This document shows, one piece after another, positions 9,070 to 24,660 of a stretch of 64,000 nucleotides of DNA (position 1 is the stretch's first letter; every line of letters begins with the position of its first letter). This DNA comes from Ranitomeya imitator (taxonomy: Eukaryota). The stretch is taken from positions 780,332,001-780,396,000 of the forward strand of contig NC_091282.1 in NCBI RefSeq assembly GCF_032444005.1. Direction: 5' to 3'. The notes beneath the pieces were generated by a model, which was not told the origin of the DNA, did no database searches, and worked only from the letters and a program-made list of their open reading frames with translations. The translations under genes were made by a program, and so were the position numbers.

Positions 9070-11984
9070 TTATATAATAACCAAATCTAATAAATACAAA
9101 AATCTCCTGCAAATGGAGGCAAATATTCCCAGCAGTCATTTTGGAGTTATATCTGGTCCTGGTCATCAATATACCGTCATGTGGGAGTTATTCCTTCAAC
9201 TTTCCTACAGCACCAAATGGCAAATCTGCTGTGGTATCAGGGGACATGTTATATGTAGGGGTCTACGAGAGCCAGGCAGTCATACTCCTTATCGCCACCC
9301 AGTGATATGAGGTAGATAACTTGTCAGCAACCCCAAGACTGGCACTGGCAGGGATTATTCACACACTCTGGTCAAATCAGAGGTGGAGGTTTTGGGGCTG
9401 TTTTTTTTTTTTTTTTAATTTTTGGATTTTTAAAAAAGCAGGTCAGCAGCATCTCCTGTTACCTGCGCCCCTGATGAGGAGTGACACATGACAGCTGCAC
9501 CCCCCAATCAGCTCATCTCTGGCACCATCTGTCACGGGGAGCAGCTGTGATCTGACGGCTGCTATTACCAGTATTCTCAGACGATTACCCCACTACCACC
9601 GTCCTGGCAATTATCAGCTTTCAACCCCATGCCGCAGAGGGGCGACAGGCAGCGCTGCCAGGGGAGATGATGAAATGACAGCTCTGATCAGACCGACCGT
9701 CACGAGGCAGCCACATATTCAGAGAACGGTGACAGGAAGAAGCCATGGGACACATGGAGGCAGCCAGAGACTAGATACATATTGTCACACATGACAGGAT
9801 TAGATACACAGCTCAGCAGACAGTATCACAGGATTGGATTAGATCCACAGCTTCTGTATAACCATCGCAGCTGCATCCCACCGTCCGTACAGTACATCCT
9901 TTAATCTGGCTGCAGGTTTATCAGTTAGATTCGCCACTGTACGAGGATCGGCTGCATGACCTGTATGGATGTCCCAGGATATTATCAACCTCCCGGCAGT
10001 GACTCCTATAATAACAGAACTGTGTGGAATTGTTAATTGAGCAATTCTCTAACATATATCCATTCACACTGCAGCTTCCAGCTAAACCGTCTTATGGGAC
10101 CAGTATATAGCCATTACATGTGTGTTATATGTACAGCACTGCAGGCTCAGCCACAGGTGGAGGGGGATGTTGTGTAATCCACAGATAGAGGCTACAACAA
10201 TCCATGAAGAACGTGTAATAACAATCACGCTGCGCCCAGTGTGTACAATACACAGAAGTTACTATAGGGACCCGGGGCCAAGAATCTGCCTACATGGCGG
10301 ATAAACCACATGCCCGGCCCACTATGGCTAATCACGTGTAATTATGAGATGCCCATTGTTTACAAGACCAGACACGGGGCGGCAATCACACCCCAAGTAC
10401 AGTATGTACTGACACAGGGAATATGTGCCGTCCTTGGCCACAAGCAATGTGGCGACCACAGGCCATATAGTGCACCGAGCCCAGCACGTACGAGGCGGAG
10501 GACGCGGAGCTGCCATCCAACTCCATCTGTAATCACTCCGACTAATTAATGTTTCCAGCACAGAAGTAATCAGTAAATGTGGATCAATGTTAATAATAGA
10601 TGGGCCCCCGGGGGCCGCTGCCTGTCTGAGTCCTCGGCAAACATAGCTGGATTTAAAATAATAAGGCGTTATTAACCATTGTGAGCCCAGCTTTACACGA
10701 AAGATCCCTCAATGGGAAGGTTTGTTAAAGACACCTCAAAAATTAGATTTCACAGTCTACAATTTATGAGCAGTGAAAGGTTATTTTCCATCTAAGTGGT
10801 GCGATTATTTTCAGCGCCCATCTTTCCTGCCCAGAGCATGTGTGCCATAGAGGCAAACAATGCGGCTCCTACAGGGCCCCAACCCATATTGTAGAGTCCC
10901 TATATAAATCCCCTTTCACCCAAGAATCATGGGAAGGAGATGGGGTGATTAGGGGTATGGTGGGGGTAACCTGCCCCAGAATATGGGAGGTGGCATTTTA
11001 ATCTTAGCAATTGTTCCCGTCTTCCATGTGCGACCCCCCCAAACAATTCAGAGACATCCCACCTACTCTTTGAGCTTTAGATTAGATGGCAGAGGCTCAT
11101 CTGGGGACTACTGGGAGCGACTGGATCCAGTGATCTCCTCCTGATCGGATGGAGGTATCACTAGCTGATACGTTTTGCTACAAAGAGAATATTTCATATC
11201 TGAAACACGCTGCGTGGAGGAAATCAGAGGGAAGTCGTCTCCCCAGGATTTTGCTGAGTGTCTAAAATACCAGGATTTCATTTTTTTTTTCCTAGGCAAC
11301 GGTTTGGCGAGAAATTGCTGATGTCTGGTGATCCCTGCGGGGAGGGAGAGGCGGGTGTCAGTGACTGACAGATGTGTGATGGTCGCCACATTTATGCGAC
11401 AGGTTTTATCATCTTCTCGCCAATATGATGCACTGGACTTTCCAGCAGAAACTGACAGCTTATCAAAATGATCACTGGGAGCCACTGGTCAGACACAGAG
11501 CAGCATGTGGGGGGAAATCCATGAACATGACGTCTGCACTGTGCTGCTCCACCAGTAGAGAAAGCTGCAACTTCCCGGATTCATTCATGTGGAAATGTGG
11601 CTCCAATTGTCTATGTGACAGACAGACAATCCCATAGAGTAAAGAGAAAGACCAGCCCCTGCACACTAGCTCAGCAGACCCTGTATACATCAACCTGTAG
11701 TCATGACAACTAATTTAACAACTTCCCTTTTTTTATACTGCAGGTAGCCTGAAGGATGACCCTTGTGCTCAGAGCACAGTGATCAGCCCATGTAAAGCTG
11801 TGGGGTGATTAGTACACCATGGCCACCGATAGAGCAGGCTGTATTGTAACCTGCAGCACACAATTCCTATGAGCAGGACTTGCTGTATGAATTAATGACC
11901 AACCGAGGCAATAAAGTCGGCCCCATCTGTGCTCAGGCCATTTTTATCCAACAGAACCCCCAAGACTCCTCCACTTTATTATTA

Positions 11985-12140
11985 TTACTATTATTATTTA
12001 TTGTTATAGCGCCATTTATTCCATGGCGCTTTACATGTGAGGAGGGGTATACATAATAAAAACAAGTACAATAATCTTAAACAATACAAGTCATAACTGG
12101 TACAGGAGGAATGAGGACCCTGCCTGCGAGGGCTCACAAT
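11985..12140 (-). mobile_element. L2-clade LINE 3' fragment
   Basis: Reverse complement of the tail tgtaaagcgccatggaataaatggcgctataacaataaataataat, like the tail at 44615-44662. Confidence 0.65.
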
Positions 12141-12312
12141 CACTTCTGCTTTTTGACACAAAAGAGTTAAAAAAAAAGCTTCGGAGCCCTCCCTGGGGAC
12201 TGTGCTAAGAAGGTGTCTCTGGGGACCCCCAAGTGTTTACTGCAATGAGGAGAAAGAGGAGGAGGATGGTACAAAGTCTAAGCAGGGCTGAAATCCAGGA
12301 GAGTCTATATTA

Positions 12313-12641
12313 GGCTACGTTCACACTAGCATTGTGCGCCGCTGCGTCGGCGACGCGACGCACAACGCACCGAAAAACGCGTGCAAACGCACGCAAAAAC
12401 GCTGCGTTTTTCGACGCGTGCGTCGTTTTTTGACGAAAATCGGACGCAAGAAAAATGCAACTTGTTGCGTTTTCTTGGTCCGATGCTAGCGTCAAAAAAG
12501 ACGCACGTGTCGGAAAACGCAACAAGCAAAAACGCATGCGTCCCCCATGTTAAACATAGGGGCGCATGACGCGTGCGTCGCCGCTGCGTCGCCCGACGCT
12601 AGCGCGACGCACACTAGCCGAACGCTAGTGTGAACGTAGCC
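12313..12641. mobile_element. Harbinger/Tourist-like MITE
   Basis: TIR GGCTACGTTCACACTAGC / GCTAGTGTGAACGTAGCC, flanked by TTA and TAA. Internally palindromic. Confidence 0.8.
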
Positions 12642-13830
12642 TAACAGAGTTGCAGGGCCACTAACAAGTCAGACTATGCATGACATATGCCGAGAAGACA
12701 GATTAATTAGTTAGTGTCACTTTAAGATACTGCAGAACCTAGAATGAGAAGCGGTTGATAAAATAATAATGATAGGCTTATCGGCATGGCAACAAATAAT
12801 AAACAATTCACTAGTGTAGCCAGATGGAGCTGCATACACCCCAAGGAGGGATCATCCACACACAAGGTGAGAGGTGACTTCGCCAATGTAACTCTATGGG
12901 GATCACCGCGGCTTTGTCCTCACTGTTTACTTACAACCCACAAAGTCACTGTACTCCTGCAGCTCTGAATACCACCATTGATATGTCGCCATCAATCCAG
13001 TAACAGCAGGTAAACAGAGCAGGCAGTTTCTGTCATCACCGGGGGATGGCGGCGCAGAGGATGGGCATTTATCTGCAGAGTTGTCAAAAAGTACCAAGAA
13101 GCACAAGATGTTTAATCCGGTGCCAAATGATCAAATTGGCGAACGCAAAAACACATCGTACTGGAAGGGTTCACAGAACCGACGACATTATGACCCCGGG
13201 GTACATCTCTGCTTACTGTCAGTGACAGGAAAATTCAAGATTACATTCAGGAACAGAAAAACAGATCTTAAGGGGTTATTTGGACTTTGGCATCAGAGAC
13301 AATCATGAATGCTTCTCGGCAAGTGTGCAGGGTCCTAACGGCCCCAGATAATCTCATCATTCAAAGTTATCACCTATGCACAGGACCACTGAGACCCCGG
13401 CTAATCCCGAGATGAAGTCTCTGAAATGCCTTATCGGAACAGAGCGGTGGTCACACGTATTCATTTCTCTATGGAGTCCCCTAATTAATTAAAGGGGTTG
13501 TCCAATCTCAGGAAAGTGGACGTCAAACTTTGAAAAATACCTAAAATAAACTCAGTAGATACTGGCCCCCCAACGTTTCGGCTGCAGCAGTGATGTCGCA
13601 TCAATATCACAAGTCACTACTCTAGGTAATCACGGAACTCCACGGCTGGACCGACGGTGACAGCTCAAGCTGCCTAGCTCAGTGATTGGCTAGAACGGTG
13701 ACGCTGGCACTTCCCTGTAAGTGTATATTGTATATGTAAAGTAGTGAATGACTTCCAAACAGAAGCCGCCTGAAGAAGGGTCAGGTCATTTTTTACCAAA
13801 TTCTTGGCTTTCTGAGATTGAAACGGTTAA

Positions 13831-14158
13831 AGGGAACCCGTCACCTGAATTTGGCGGGACCAGTTTTGGGTCATATGGGCGGAGTTTTCAGGTGTTTGAA
13901 TCACCCTTTCCTTACCCGCTGGCTGCATGCTGGCCGCAATATTGAATTGAAGTTCATTCTATGTCCTCCGTAGTACACACCTGCGAAAGGTAATCTTGCA
14001 TTGCGCAGGCGTGTACTACGGAGTACAGAGAATGAACTTCAATCCAATATTTCGGCCAGCATGCAGCCAGCGGGTAAGGAAAGGGTGAATCAAACACCTG
14101 AAAACTCCGCCCATATGACCCAAAACTGGTCCCGCCAAATTCAGGTGACAGATTCCCT
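13831..14158. mobile_element. Kolobok/T2-type palindromic MITE
   Basis: TTAA TSD and AGGGAA termini. Near-perfect foldback of ~150-bp arms. A second copy lies at 45630-45957. Confidence 0.85.
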
Positions 14159-14805
14159 TTAACAAAAAAGCTCCAAAAGTCTGGATATATTAACAGATGT
14201 CGGGTGGAACAGATGTCGCGTGCACATACACTGGGACTAGGTCCCGGTCCTGCTCACATTGCTGCGGGGTTGGTCACAACGTATCTCTGCTCACAAAGCC
14301 GCAGAACACAATCACAATAGGCTTTTAGCTCTTCACGCATTATAAGGGCGCATTTTTGCAAAAAGTCCACTCAGATGACCCAAACTAGCATCCCTGCTCA
14401 CCTGGTTGGCCCGTTTCCTATGGCCCAGCACACAATGGAGGAATACGGGTACAATTATATCTTAAGGGTTAATATGTGGCTTCCATTGTGCGCAATCACA
14501 GTCCTGATATAAAGCGCGACAGGGAGAGCCATGAAATATACAATGATCCCTCCACACAGCAGGAAGCGTCAGCGCAGAATGTTCCTGTTATTGCTTTCTA
14601 ACAAAATACCTATTAACAATATGGAAACATTGAATCATGTAAGTAAACAGACACGACACTGCAGCTGCACCCGGACCTGACCATCACAAAAATACACGAA
14701 TGAAACCAAAATGGTTTGCCACAGTGACCCCAAAACTGTACTGAATATACTGCGCTCCACCACCAGGGGGCTCCTGCTAATGAGGGAGAAGGGACAACTG
14801 CTTAA

Positions 14806-15139
14806 GGGTATGTGCACACGTCTTTTTGAGGTCTGTGGCTTTTTCCGCAGCAGATTTGTGAAAACCGCAGGTAAAAGGCACTGAGTTTTACCTGTTGAAT
14901 TACTGCGGAATTTGTGCGGATTCCCCTGCAGTTTTCCACCTGCGGATTGCTATTGAGGAGCAGGTGTAAACCGCTGAGGAATCCGCACAAAGAATTGACA
15001 TGCTGCGGAATGTAAATCACTGCGTTTCCGCACGTTTTTTTCTGCAGCATGAGCACTGCGGATTGCTTTTCCCATAGGTTTACATTGTACTGTAAACGCA
15101 TGGAAAACTGCTGCGGATCCGCAGCGTGTGAACATAGCC
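14806..15139. mobile_element. Harbinger-like MITE (GGGTATGTGCACAC family)
   Basis: TIR gggtatgtgcacacg / cgtgtgaacatagcc with TWA flanks. Confidence 0.75.
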
Positions 15140-15199
15140 TTAGTTATACAGAACTTTCACCAAACCGGTTGTTACTTTCCTTTCTATGCTCATTATCAC

Positions 15200-15511
15200 T
15201 AGTGATGAGCGAATATACTCGTTACTCGAGATTTCTCGAGCACGCTCGGGGGTCCTCCGGAGTATTTTTTAGTGCTCGGAGATTTAGTTTTCATCGCGCA
15301 GCTGAACAATTTATATCTGATAGCCAGCATAAGTACATGTGGGGGTTCCCTAGCAACCAGGCAACCCCCACATGTACTTATGCTGGAAAACAGATGTAAA
15401 TCATTCAGCTGCGGCAAAAAAAAAAACAATCTCCGAGCACTAAAAAATACTTGGAGGACCCCCGAGCGTGCTCGAGAAATCTCGAGTAACGAGTATATTC
15501 GCTCATCACTA
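15200..15511. mobile_element. hAT-like MITE
   Basis: TIR TAGTGATGAGCGAATATACTCG. 8-bp TSD ATTATCAC / ATTATAAC (one mismatch). Confidence 0.85.
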
Positions 15512-15813
15512 ATTATAACAGCTCACACACAGTACACTGACATTTTGCTTCGCTAGACGTCCATGACTGAGACCCCCAGAGATGACAATCAGTGCAGTGA
15601 GATGTACAGCAAGTGATTTGTGCTAACCAACAATGAAGAAATGGCGCAAAATATAAAGAACACACAGAGATCTAAAAAACAAAATAAATAAAATAAAAAT
15701 TCAGGGAATGAGGGGTTAAAGGCACAGTCGCCATCAAATTAATACTAGAATACGAGAGGTTAATCACGCTGAGGATTTCCTGTCAGTATCTGAACAGGAA
15801 ACTGTTGTCATAC

Positions 15814-15922
15814 CTGATAGTAGGTCTTGATGTGTCGCACCAGGATAGTGAGGTTCTGAATCCGCAGGTTCACGTCGTTATTCACGTTTTTGTTGATTCG
15901 CTGATTAGATGGCCGCGGATCA
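15814..15922 (-). CDS. CCDC88C: CCDC88C coding exon 3 (109 bp), N-terminal HOOK-type domain
   Basis: ctttctccacacag|T GAT CCG CGG ... TAC TAT CAG|gtatga = (I)[36 protein letters not shown]. Phase fits exon 2. The sequence matches Daple better than Girdin/CCDC88A. Confidence 0.95.
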
Positions 15923-16134
15923 CTGTGTGGAGAAAGATCATGGATTACAGAGCGCAGTGTCAGCATAAGGGGGGACAGGTTACCAGCACCCCCTGGTTTA
16001 AAGATCCCCATTCTTATGAAACGATTGTTTGGCTCATCCGAGTGTGGATGTGTTCTCAGTGAGAAGAAAGATAAAGGCGATGCTGGACCACTTAGTAGCC
16101 TCCAAAATCCGGCGTCACTTTCACTCCACCCTCC

Positions 16135-16920
16135 TCGGACCATCCCTGCGCAGAGCCCCTTCGGACCATCCCTGCGCAGAGCCCCTTCGGACCATCCCTG
16201 CGCAGAGCCCCTTCGGACCATCCCTGCGCAGAGCCCCTTCGGACCATCCCTGCGCAGAGCCCCTTCGGACCATCCCTGCGCAGAGCCCCTTCGGACCATC
16301 CCTGCGCAGAGCCCCTTCGGACCATCCCTGCGCAGAGCCCCTTCGGACCATCCCTGCGCAGAGCCCCTTCGGACCATCCCTGCGCAGAGCCCCTTCGGAT
16401 CATCCCTGTGCAGAGCCCCTCTGTACCCTCCCTGTGCAGAGCCCCTTTGTACCCTCCCTGTGCAGAGCCCCTTCGGACCATCCTTGTGCAGAGCCCCTTC
16501 GGACCATACCTGTGCAGAGCCCCTCTGTACTCTCCCTGTGCAGAGCCCTTATGGATCATCCCTGTGCAGAGCCCCTTTGGACCATCCCTGTGCAGAGCCC
16601 CTTTGGACCATCCCTGTGCAGAGCCCCTTTGGACCATCCCTGTGCAGAGCCCCTACGAACCCCCCCTCTGCATAGCCCCTACAAATCCCCCTGTAGAGCC
16701 TCTTTGAACCCTCTCTCTCTGAAGAGACCCTCCAGATCCCCCCTATAGAGCCCCTATGAACCCTCCCTCTGCAGAACCCCTCCAGATCCCCCTGTAGAGC
16801 CTCTTTGAACCCTCTCTCTCTCTGCAGATACCCTCCAGATCCCCCCTGTAGAGCCCCTCTGACCCCTCCAACCTGTTTCCTCCAAACCACCTCTGTAACT
16901 TCTGCTCCAGACCCCTCCAT
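16135..16920. repeat. 26-bp GC-rich minisatellite decaying into degenerate copies
   Basis: Unit TCGGACCATCCCTGCGCAGAGCCCCT. About 10 near-perfect copies to ~16400, then progressively diverged copies. Confidence 0.95.
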
Positions 16921-18752
16921 ATACCTCTAGACCCTTCAGGCAGCAGCTTACCTTAAAGTAGAACAAAAGTATCCAGCAATATAAATTCTACAGCCCTGAT
17001 CCTTCCCTCCCCCGAAAAAACAAACATATTTCGGGGGGGATAGTCGGGAGGCTTCCACATACTATAGATGCTGCACTGGTCTTACTAACATCACAGAACT
17101 TATTGATTTTAATGGCTGTGGGGGTCTCAAGAGAACTGGAGGACTATAAATTGTAGAGGGGAAAACATTATTTTGAACAGATTTACACTTATGCTCTAGT
17201 CACATCCAAAGCTGCATCACAGAGCTTGAGCTTTCCATCTATATTCTGCAACCTGAGCTCAAAAGACACAAGCAGAAAACATCCACAATTAACCCCAGAT
17301 CTGAGTATTAATAACACTAATTCCTGACCCCACAAGTAAAATCTGAGGCTCCAGCACAGACTTCACGAATTGGCCGCACAGATGTGAACGTCTTGGCGCC
17401 TTTAGCAGCAAATCCTATAACAAGCTGATTATAGGGCGCAGGATCTCGTGTGTCCGGCACATGTAACTATAGCGCTCAGCTGTCCGCAGCTCGTGGAAAT
17501 ATCTGAGCAACTGACAACTATTCCTCTGCATAACAGGAGGCCGTCATCCCGGGGGCCGCGGGTGACAGCTGCGCAGTCTGGAGGTCAAAGGGTATAAAAC
17601 TTAGTAACATTGACAAGTGCCAGTGTCGGAGAAGAACTCATTCTCCATCCCTGGTCTGGACTGTCCATCACGTGGGGACCAGATCTGTCATCTATTTAGA
17701 AAACATTGGAGGTGTAAGGTGAAGCTCCAAAGAAAATCCTTAAACAGGACCCCCCCCCCCCAACCATGTGCCATTTTTAATATTAAGCTCTTATGTGGTC
17801 GACTGATCCTTGGGCAATACCTGAGGTGACTGTGAGCTATGCACCCCTATAGCAAACACAGAATAGCCCTGCTGTCCCCTTATATGATAAACTGACCATT
17901 GGCCACTGAGACCTGGTGGTAAATAAGAGTTTGGTCCCCTAAAAATGCTGCAGACCCCCCAGTCAGGAGTCATGTAGCACATCTATTGTGGCCACTTTCG
18001 TGGTTTTTAGGGGCTGCACAGCCAAAAATTACAACATCCCATAATGTAAGTGAAGGTGGATGCGTCCTTTTACTACTTGCGTGCCGTGGTCATGGCATCA
18101 TGCATTTAAAGCAGGCAGTGATGCGGCATCAGGACAGCGCCAAATTCCCCTGGACCTCTTCCTAACCTTGTATCCTTTCAAATCAAGTCATGAGCAAAGA
18201 CCCTCAGGAACCAATTCTGATTGTCTCCAAAGCAGTATATCCTAATGTTCAATGCTTTGGTCACCTGTAATGTCTTCGCCATCCTGGACACCATCAGCAA
18301 GCAGGTTAGCAGTTTTTTTAAGGATGCTCTTATGGCTGCATCTTAATACTCTTTTTTCCTTAACCCTCACAGCTCGCCCTATGGACACCCAAACAGTCTC
18401 AGAATATGGATCCTCAAAGGACTGTAAATATAGATGTCAAAAATGGGGGGGGGGATCTCCAAACCCTTTCATGAGCCAGAACCGAGAATTGCAACGCAAA
18501 AGTGGCAGCTGTAACATAAGCGCGTCCTGTTCACACATGACTTGCTCTGAGCTGGAAAGGAAGTGGTTGAGAAGCCGATAAGCAGTTTTCGTGATGAAAA
18601 CTCACATTCATCTGCGGACAGTAGTTTATACTATATATGGATTAGTCATAGGTCTGCACTTCACACATCCACCTAGGACTCAGTGAAACAACCAACCATT
18701 AATGTGTAGGAGAACAAAAAGTTGCAGTCCCAAAGCCCGATCTGTATATATA

Positions 18753-20316
<1,564 letters not shown>

Positions 20317-20385
20317 TGTATATTGCTGGACTTAGCTTTAGAGATTCACCCCTCAGAACACAGAATCTTCTCCCCCTGTACTCAC

Positions 20386-20486
20386 ATCTGCAGCATTATC
20401 TTGTTGAGGAACACGCCATCCACTAGATCCATGTAAGTTGCCAATTTACTCTCATTCTCGTTACCACACGGCCCAACAGTTTTCAC
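20386..20486 (-). CDS. CCDC88C: CCDC88C coding exon 2 (101 bp)
   Basis: tttttcttctgtag|GTG AAA ACT GTT GGG ... CTG CAG AT|gtgagt = [34 protein letters not shown]. Phase 0 in, phase 2 out. Not present in the supplied ORF track. Confidence 0.95.
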
Positions 20487-20754
20487 CTACAGAAGAAAAA
20501 TGAAAGAGAGCAGAGAAGTGAGGATTAGGAGGAATATAATAGGTTATTGAGGAGATTACTACCCGACCTCAGGCACTGCACATTCCTGGGAGAGCATGTA
20601 ATGTAATGCCCAGAATCTGCACCAAGATGATTAACGGCTCATAAGTATCAGTCACAGCCTCCTCCATATACAGCACCCTGCTGTGTGTAAGAGCAGAGCA
20701 CCCAAAGATATCCCCGGCCCCTGCACCGTGACAGATGTAGTGTATGTACACAGG

Positions 20755-21465
20755 GACTGCACCAGCAGAATAGTGAGTGCAGCTCTGGGGTATAATACAG
20801 GATGTAACTCAGGATCAGTAATGTAACGTATGTATACAGTGACTGCACCAGCAGAATAGTGAGTGCAGCTCTGGGGTATAATACAGGATGTAACTCAGGA
20901 TCAGTAATGTAACGTATGTACACAGTGACTGCACCAGCAGAATAGTGAGTGTAGCTCTGGAGTATAATACAGGATGTAACTCAGGATCAGTAATGTAACG
21001 TATGTATACAGTGACTGCACCAGCAGAATAGTGAGATGCAGCTCTGGAGTATAATACAGGATGTAACTCAGGATCAGTACTGTAATGTATGTACACAGTG
21101 ACTGCACCAGCAGAATAGTGAGTGCAGCTCTGGGGTATAATACAGGATGTAACTCAGGATCAGTAATGTAACGTATGCATACAGTGACTGCACCAGCAGA
21201 ATAGTGAGTGCAGCTCTGGGGTATAATACAGGATGTAACTCAGGATCAGTAATGTAACGTATGTACACAGTGACTGCACCAGCAGAATAGTGAGTGTAGC
21301 TCTGGAGTATAATACAGGATGTAACACAGGATCAGTAATATATGTACAGTGACTGCACCAGCAGAATAGTGAGTGTAGCTCTGGAGTATAATACAGGATG
21401 TAACTCAGTATCAGTAATGTAACGTATGTATACAGTGACTGCACCAGCAGAATAGTGAGATGCTA
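20755..21465. repeat. 86-bp minisatellite (~8 copies)
   Basis: GACTGCACCAGCAGAATAGTGAG recurs at 20755, 20841, 20927 and onwards. Confidence 0.95.
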
Positions 21466-24400
21466 GTAGAAGTAAATGAACGAGTCAAAGCACGAATACC
21501 AGCACGTCTCTTGCCTGCAACAATTAGCATTGGCAATTATATGTTAGGTTTCTTTCCTGCCTCCTCAGAATCAGGCCGGTAGAATTCATTATGGCACACA
21601 TCCCTCACTCTGCAGTCAGGACACAACGCTCCCAGCTCTGCTCTGCAGACAAACAAAAGCCTTGGAACTGAGAAGGATGTTATTGTTAATGTGACCCAAA
21701 GCAGAGACAAAAGCATCAGCCACAGATCCCCCCTCCCCCATGAGACTCCACAGAAGTCACTGCAGTCTCTGGAGAACCGTTAACCTCACAACACCTGTCT
21801 CATGAGAGTGACGACCTGTCTGACAGAGCTGGAGAGACCTGACCCGCTAACAGTCATATCCCCAACCCCCCGAGCACCTGTGATGACAGATTTACACCCT
21901 GTGTGGTCATGGCACCAAAATTAGCCAAACATGGACCCAGTTGGTGACTCAGTCAATAGAAGGCATGAAAGTCGGTGACAAATGGGTGGAAGGTGAAGCT
22001 TTGGACTATTGCTCTCTAGGCCAGCGAGAAACCACCACCCCCCATCCCTGAGAACTTGAAAAGGTGAAAGTTGATCCCGTAGTTTTGTTGCGTGTAATGA
22101 AGTGTTTCATATTACAGTCCACATAGAGTTACTGCACCCAGAGATGGACGCAGCAGGTGGGAAGAAAACCGCATGTACTCTGTCTATGGAGGGCGAGCAC
22201 GAAACACATCCAAACTCACCATATAACGGCCCTAAGCAGATGGTGACCTGACCTGATAAAGTGAGTACAGACAGGGCAAAGATGGCAGCCAATGCTCCGT
22301 CCACCTGCAGTGGGCCAATGGATGAATTATTTTGCAGCTGGTCCTGCTTTCATTATGGAGGCATGCACCATAACTACTTTTGCAGCCTGCTCTTGCGTGA
22401 CTATTTGAGAGTTGCAATTTTCACAAAAACAGTCCAGCCACAGTCAGGTTACACGATACTTGCGGTTTACGTCAATGGGAGTAAAGTTGTATGCAATTAA
22501 TTGTCAAAACATATAACGCAACAGTTTAAAGAAAAAAAAATCCTCAAACTTTACACACCTTTCAGAGGTCTAGCACGAAGCCTCCACCACTGCTCTGTGT
22601 CTGAGATTGTCTGCAGCACTGACATCACGTCTACAGCGCTGCAGCCAATCAATGAGTTCACCAGCTCTGCGCTATCCATTCCACTAACTGCGTCAGACCT
22701 GCCGAGCTCACCAATTGGCTGGAGACAATAACTACAGTCAACAGACGCAGCAGTGGAGACTCCGTGCTGGACCTGGGGAGGGGGAGAGAAGCTCACTTTA
22801 TTTTTTATATACTTACCTCCTGGACAGGCGTAACGCCTGAGATGTCGGTGCTGTGATTCTCAGTGGTCAAGTAATATTGCAATTAGTAGCCACTGATCAA
22901 ATGCAGCCTCTCTCCACTTCGTTAGAGCAGACATCTTTTGGAAATAACAGTATCACCAATGCAGGAACAGTGCCGCTCTGGGAGTTAAGTAAATGATTGA
23001 TTTATTCCATATAGGACCATTATTTAAGAAAGGGTTGTCCAGTAGTCGACAACCCCTAAGAGGCCTCATTCAGATGTCTGGGAATCACGTAGGTGTTTTA
23101 TCCAAGATTTTCCCAGATAGAACAATTACCTATTATACTCTATGCGGCTATTCACATGTTTTCTCCACAAAAAAGTAAGTTAATAAATAAACAAGACGAA
23201 ACATGTCCAAATTAGATCTAAGTCAAGGACCAAAATTACCGACACACATCTATAAGTCTGCAAAATGGGTCACAGACCACACACATCTGTATGAAGCCTG
23301 TTACAACTCCGTAATGTATTGGAGAAGATTTGCAATTTATTTAGGGGGTTTTTTCATATGAAAAAAAAAAAAAAAAAAATTACTGAATGAAATAGTAATA
23401 TCTGTTTCAGGCAAAGTTGGGTGACAATCAATAGGACCCCAATACAGCTTCAAGTGGTGACACCATGTTTATATGTCAGCCAACCTCTAAAACAATTGAT
23501 CCTCCTCCTGTACTAACTGGACAGTCACAGCCCCGGTCCATAGATCAGTTGGGGGTACGCCTGGTGACTGTGTTCTGGGTAGTGCCCCTTTAAACGGTTT
23601 TATTACGGTACTTTAGAGGGGTCTCAACATCCTACTTAAAGAGCTTGCAATCTAGTGGCCGAGAAGCTCATCAGCTGATCACTCGGTATCTTAGGGCCTC
23701 GTTCCCACTTGTGCAAACTCTGAAGGGGTTTTTTTTTTGCCGGTATTAACGGAAAAACACACTAAAGCATATTTGCTGATTATTGCTCTTTCACCCTTTT
23801 TAAGCGATTTGTTGGTGCGGATTTTATGCATTGGAAAACAAAGGCAGCATTTTTATTTTACTGCATAAATGCTGGGATTGTGAACTTAAAAACGCTGACT
23901 GTAAAAAAAAAAAAAAACGAAAACAACGCAATTGTGATCTTCACAAGTTTAGATTTTTTATTGCCCTCCAAAATCCTCATAGTAGATTAAATAAAGGGAA
24001 AAAAGCACAAAGGACATGAGTTTGAGTTTTCACTAAATCAAATCAAAATCTGCGCACACAAAAAAAATGCAGCTGAAATAAACAAACAAAAAAAATACTG
24101 CAGCATTTACATACTCTACGTGGGAACATGCCCTAGGGCGCCAAGTGGTGTCCCAGGTAGAAAAACTATTGTCACCATACTGGGTCTACAGGAAGTGGCC
24201 ATCTTGTCCTTAGAGGGGAATTATCACCTGCTTGTGACCCCCCAGATCTTCAGGAATGCTGCCATTCAGTTAGGATGGGGGCAGGGCTGGGGGAGATCAG
24301 GGGCTGCTGGATGCATTCAGCTGAGGACAGGTCAATACAAACAGAAGAAATATAGCAGCAGCAGGTGGTCTGTGCTGAGGGGGAGGATTAAAGTAGAGTT

Positions 24401-24600
24401 TGCATACAGGGAACTTCCTGAAACAGAAAAACACTGATACATTGTAATAAAAGAAAAATAAATAAAAGAGAAAAAGTTATAAGTAAGTAAACACTAAGAT
24501 CAAACTTGAAACAAAGTATGTGAACTTCAGCAGATGAGATACAACGTTGCCATGCAGTAGTAATGTAACCACCATTCCCACAGAAATGCAGACCACTCAC

Positions 24601-24660
24601 CCATGTCACCAGTGGGCTCTCCAGGAACAGGTCCAGGAGCTGAGAGATGGTAATATCCAT
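24601..24660 (-). CDS. CCDC88C: CCDC88C (Daple) coding exon 1, contains the start codon
   Basis: Reads ATG GAT ATT ... ACA TGG = MDITISQLLDLFLESPLVTW, followed by donor GTGAGT at 24600. This matches the vertebrate Daple N-terminus as I recall it ([20 protein letters not shown]). ATG context aataATGG has A at -3 and G at +4. Confidence 0.95.

Noticed and set aside
7016-9077. ORFs rich in YILRG and AIYYV repeats that look like low-complexity proteins
   Set aside because: They are translations of Helitron-internal minisatellites.
9470-9500. CTGATGAG motif as a second hammerhead
   Set aside because: No stem II and no downstream GAAA core.
11108-11485. 125-aa ORF on the gene's strand in intron 3
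   Set aside because: No resemblance to the expected Daple exon 4 (EVLQQLIVMNLPNV...) or any domain I recognise, and no convincing splice context.
16016-16966. Overlapping 180-240 aa repetitive ORFs, one extending into exon 3
   Set aside because: They come from the stop-poor 26-bp minisatellite. Only the splice-bounded 109 bp matches Daple.
20755-21465. Regularly spaced repeats resembling a CRISPR array
   Set aside because: The units are contiguous 86-bp repeats with no unique spacers, in a vertebrate intron.
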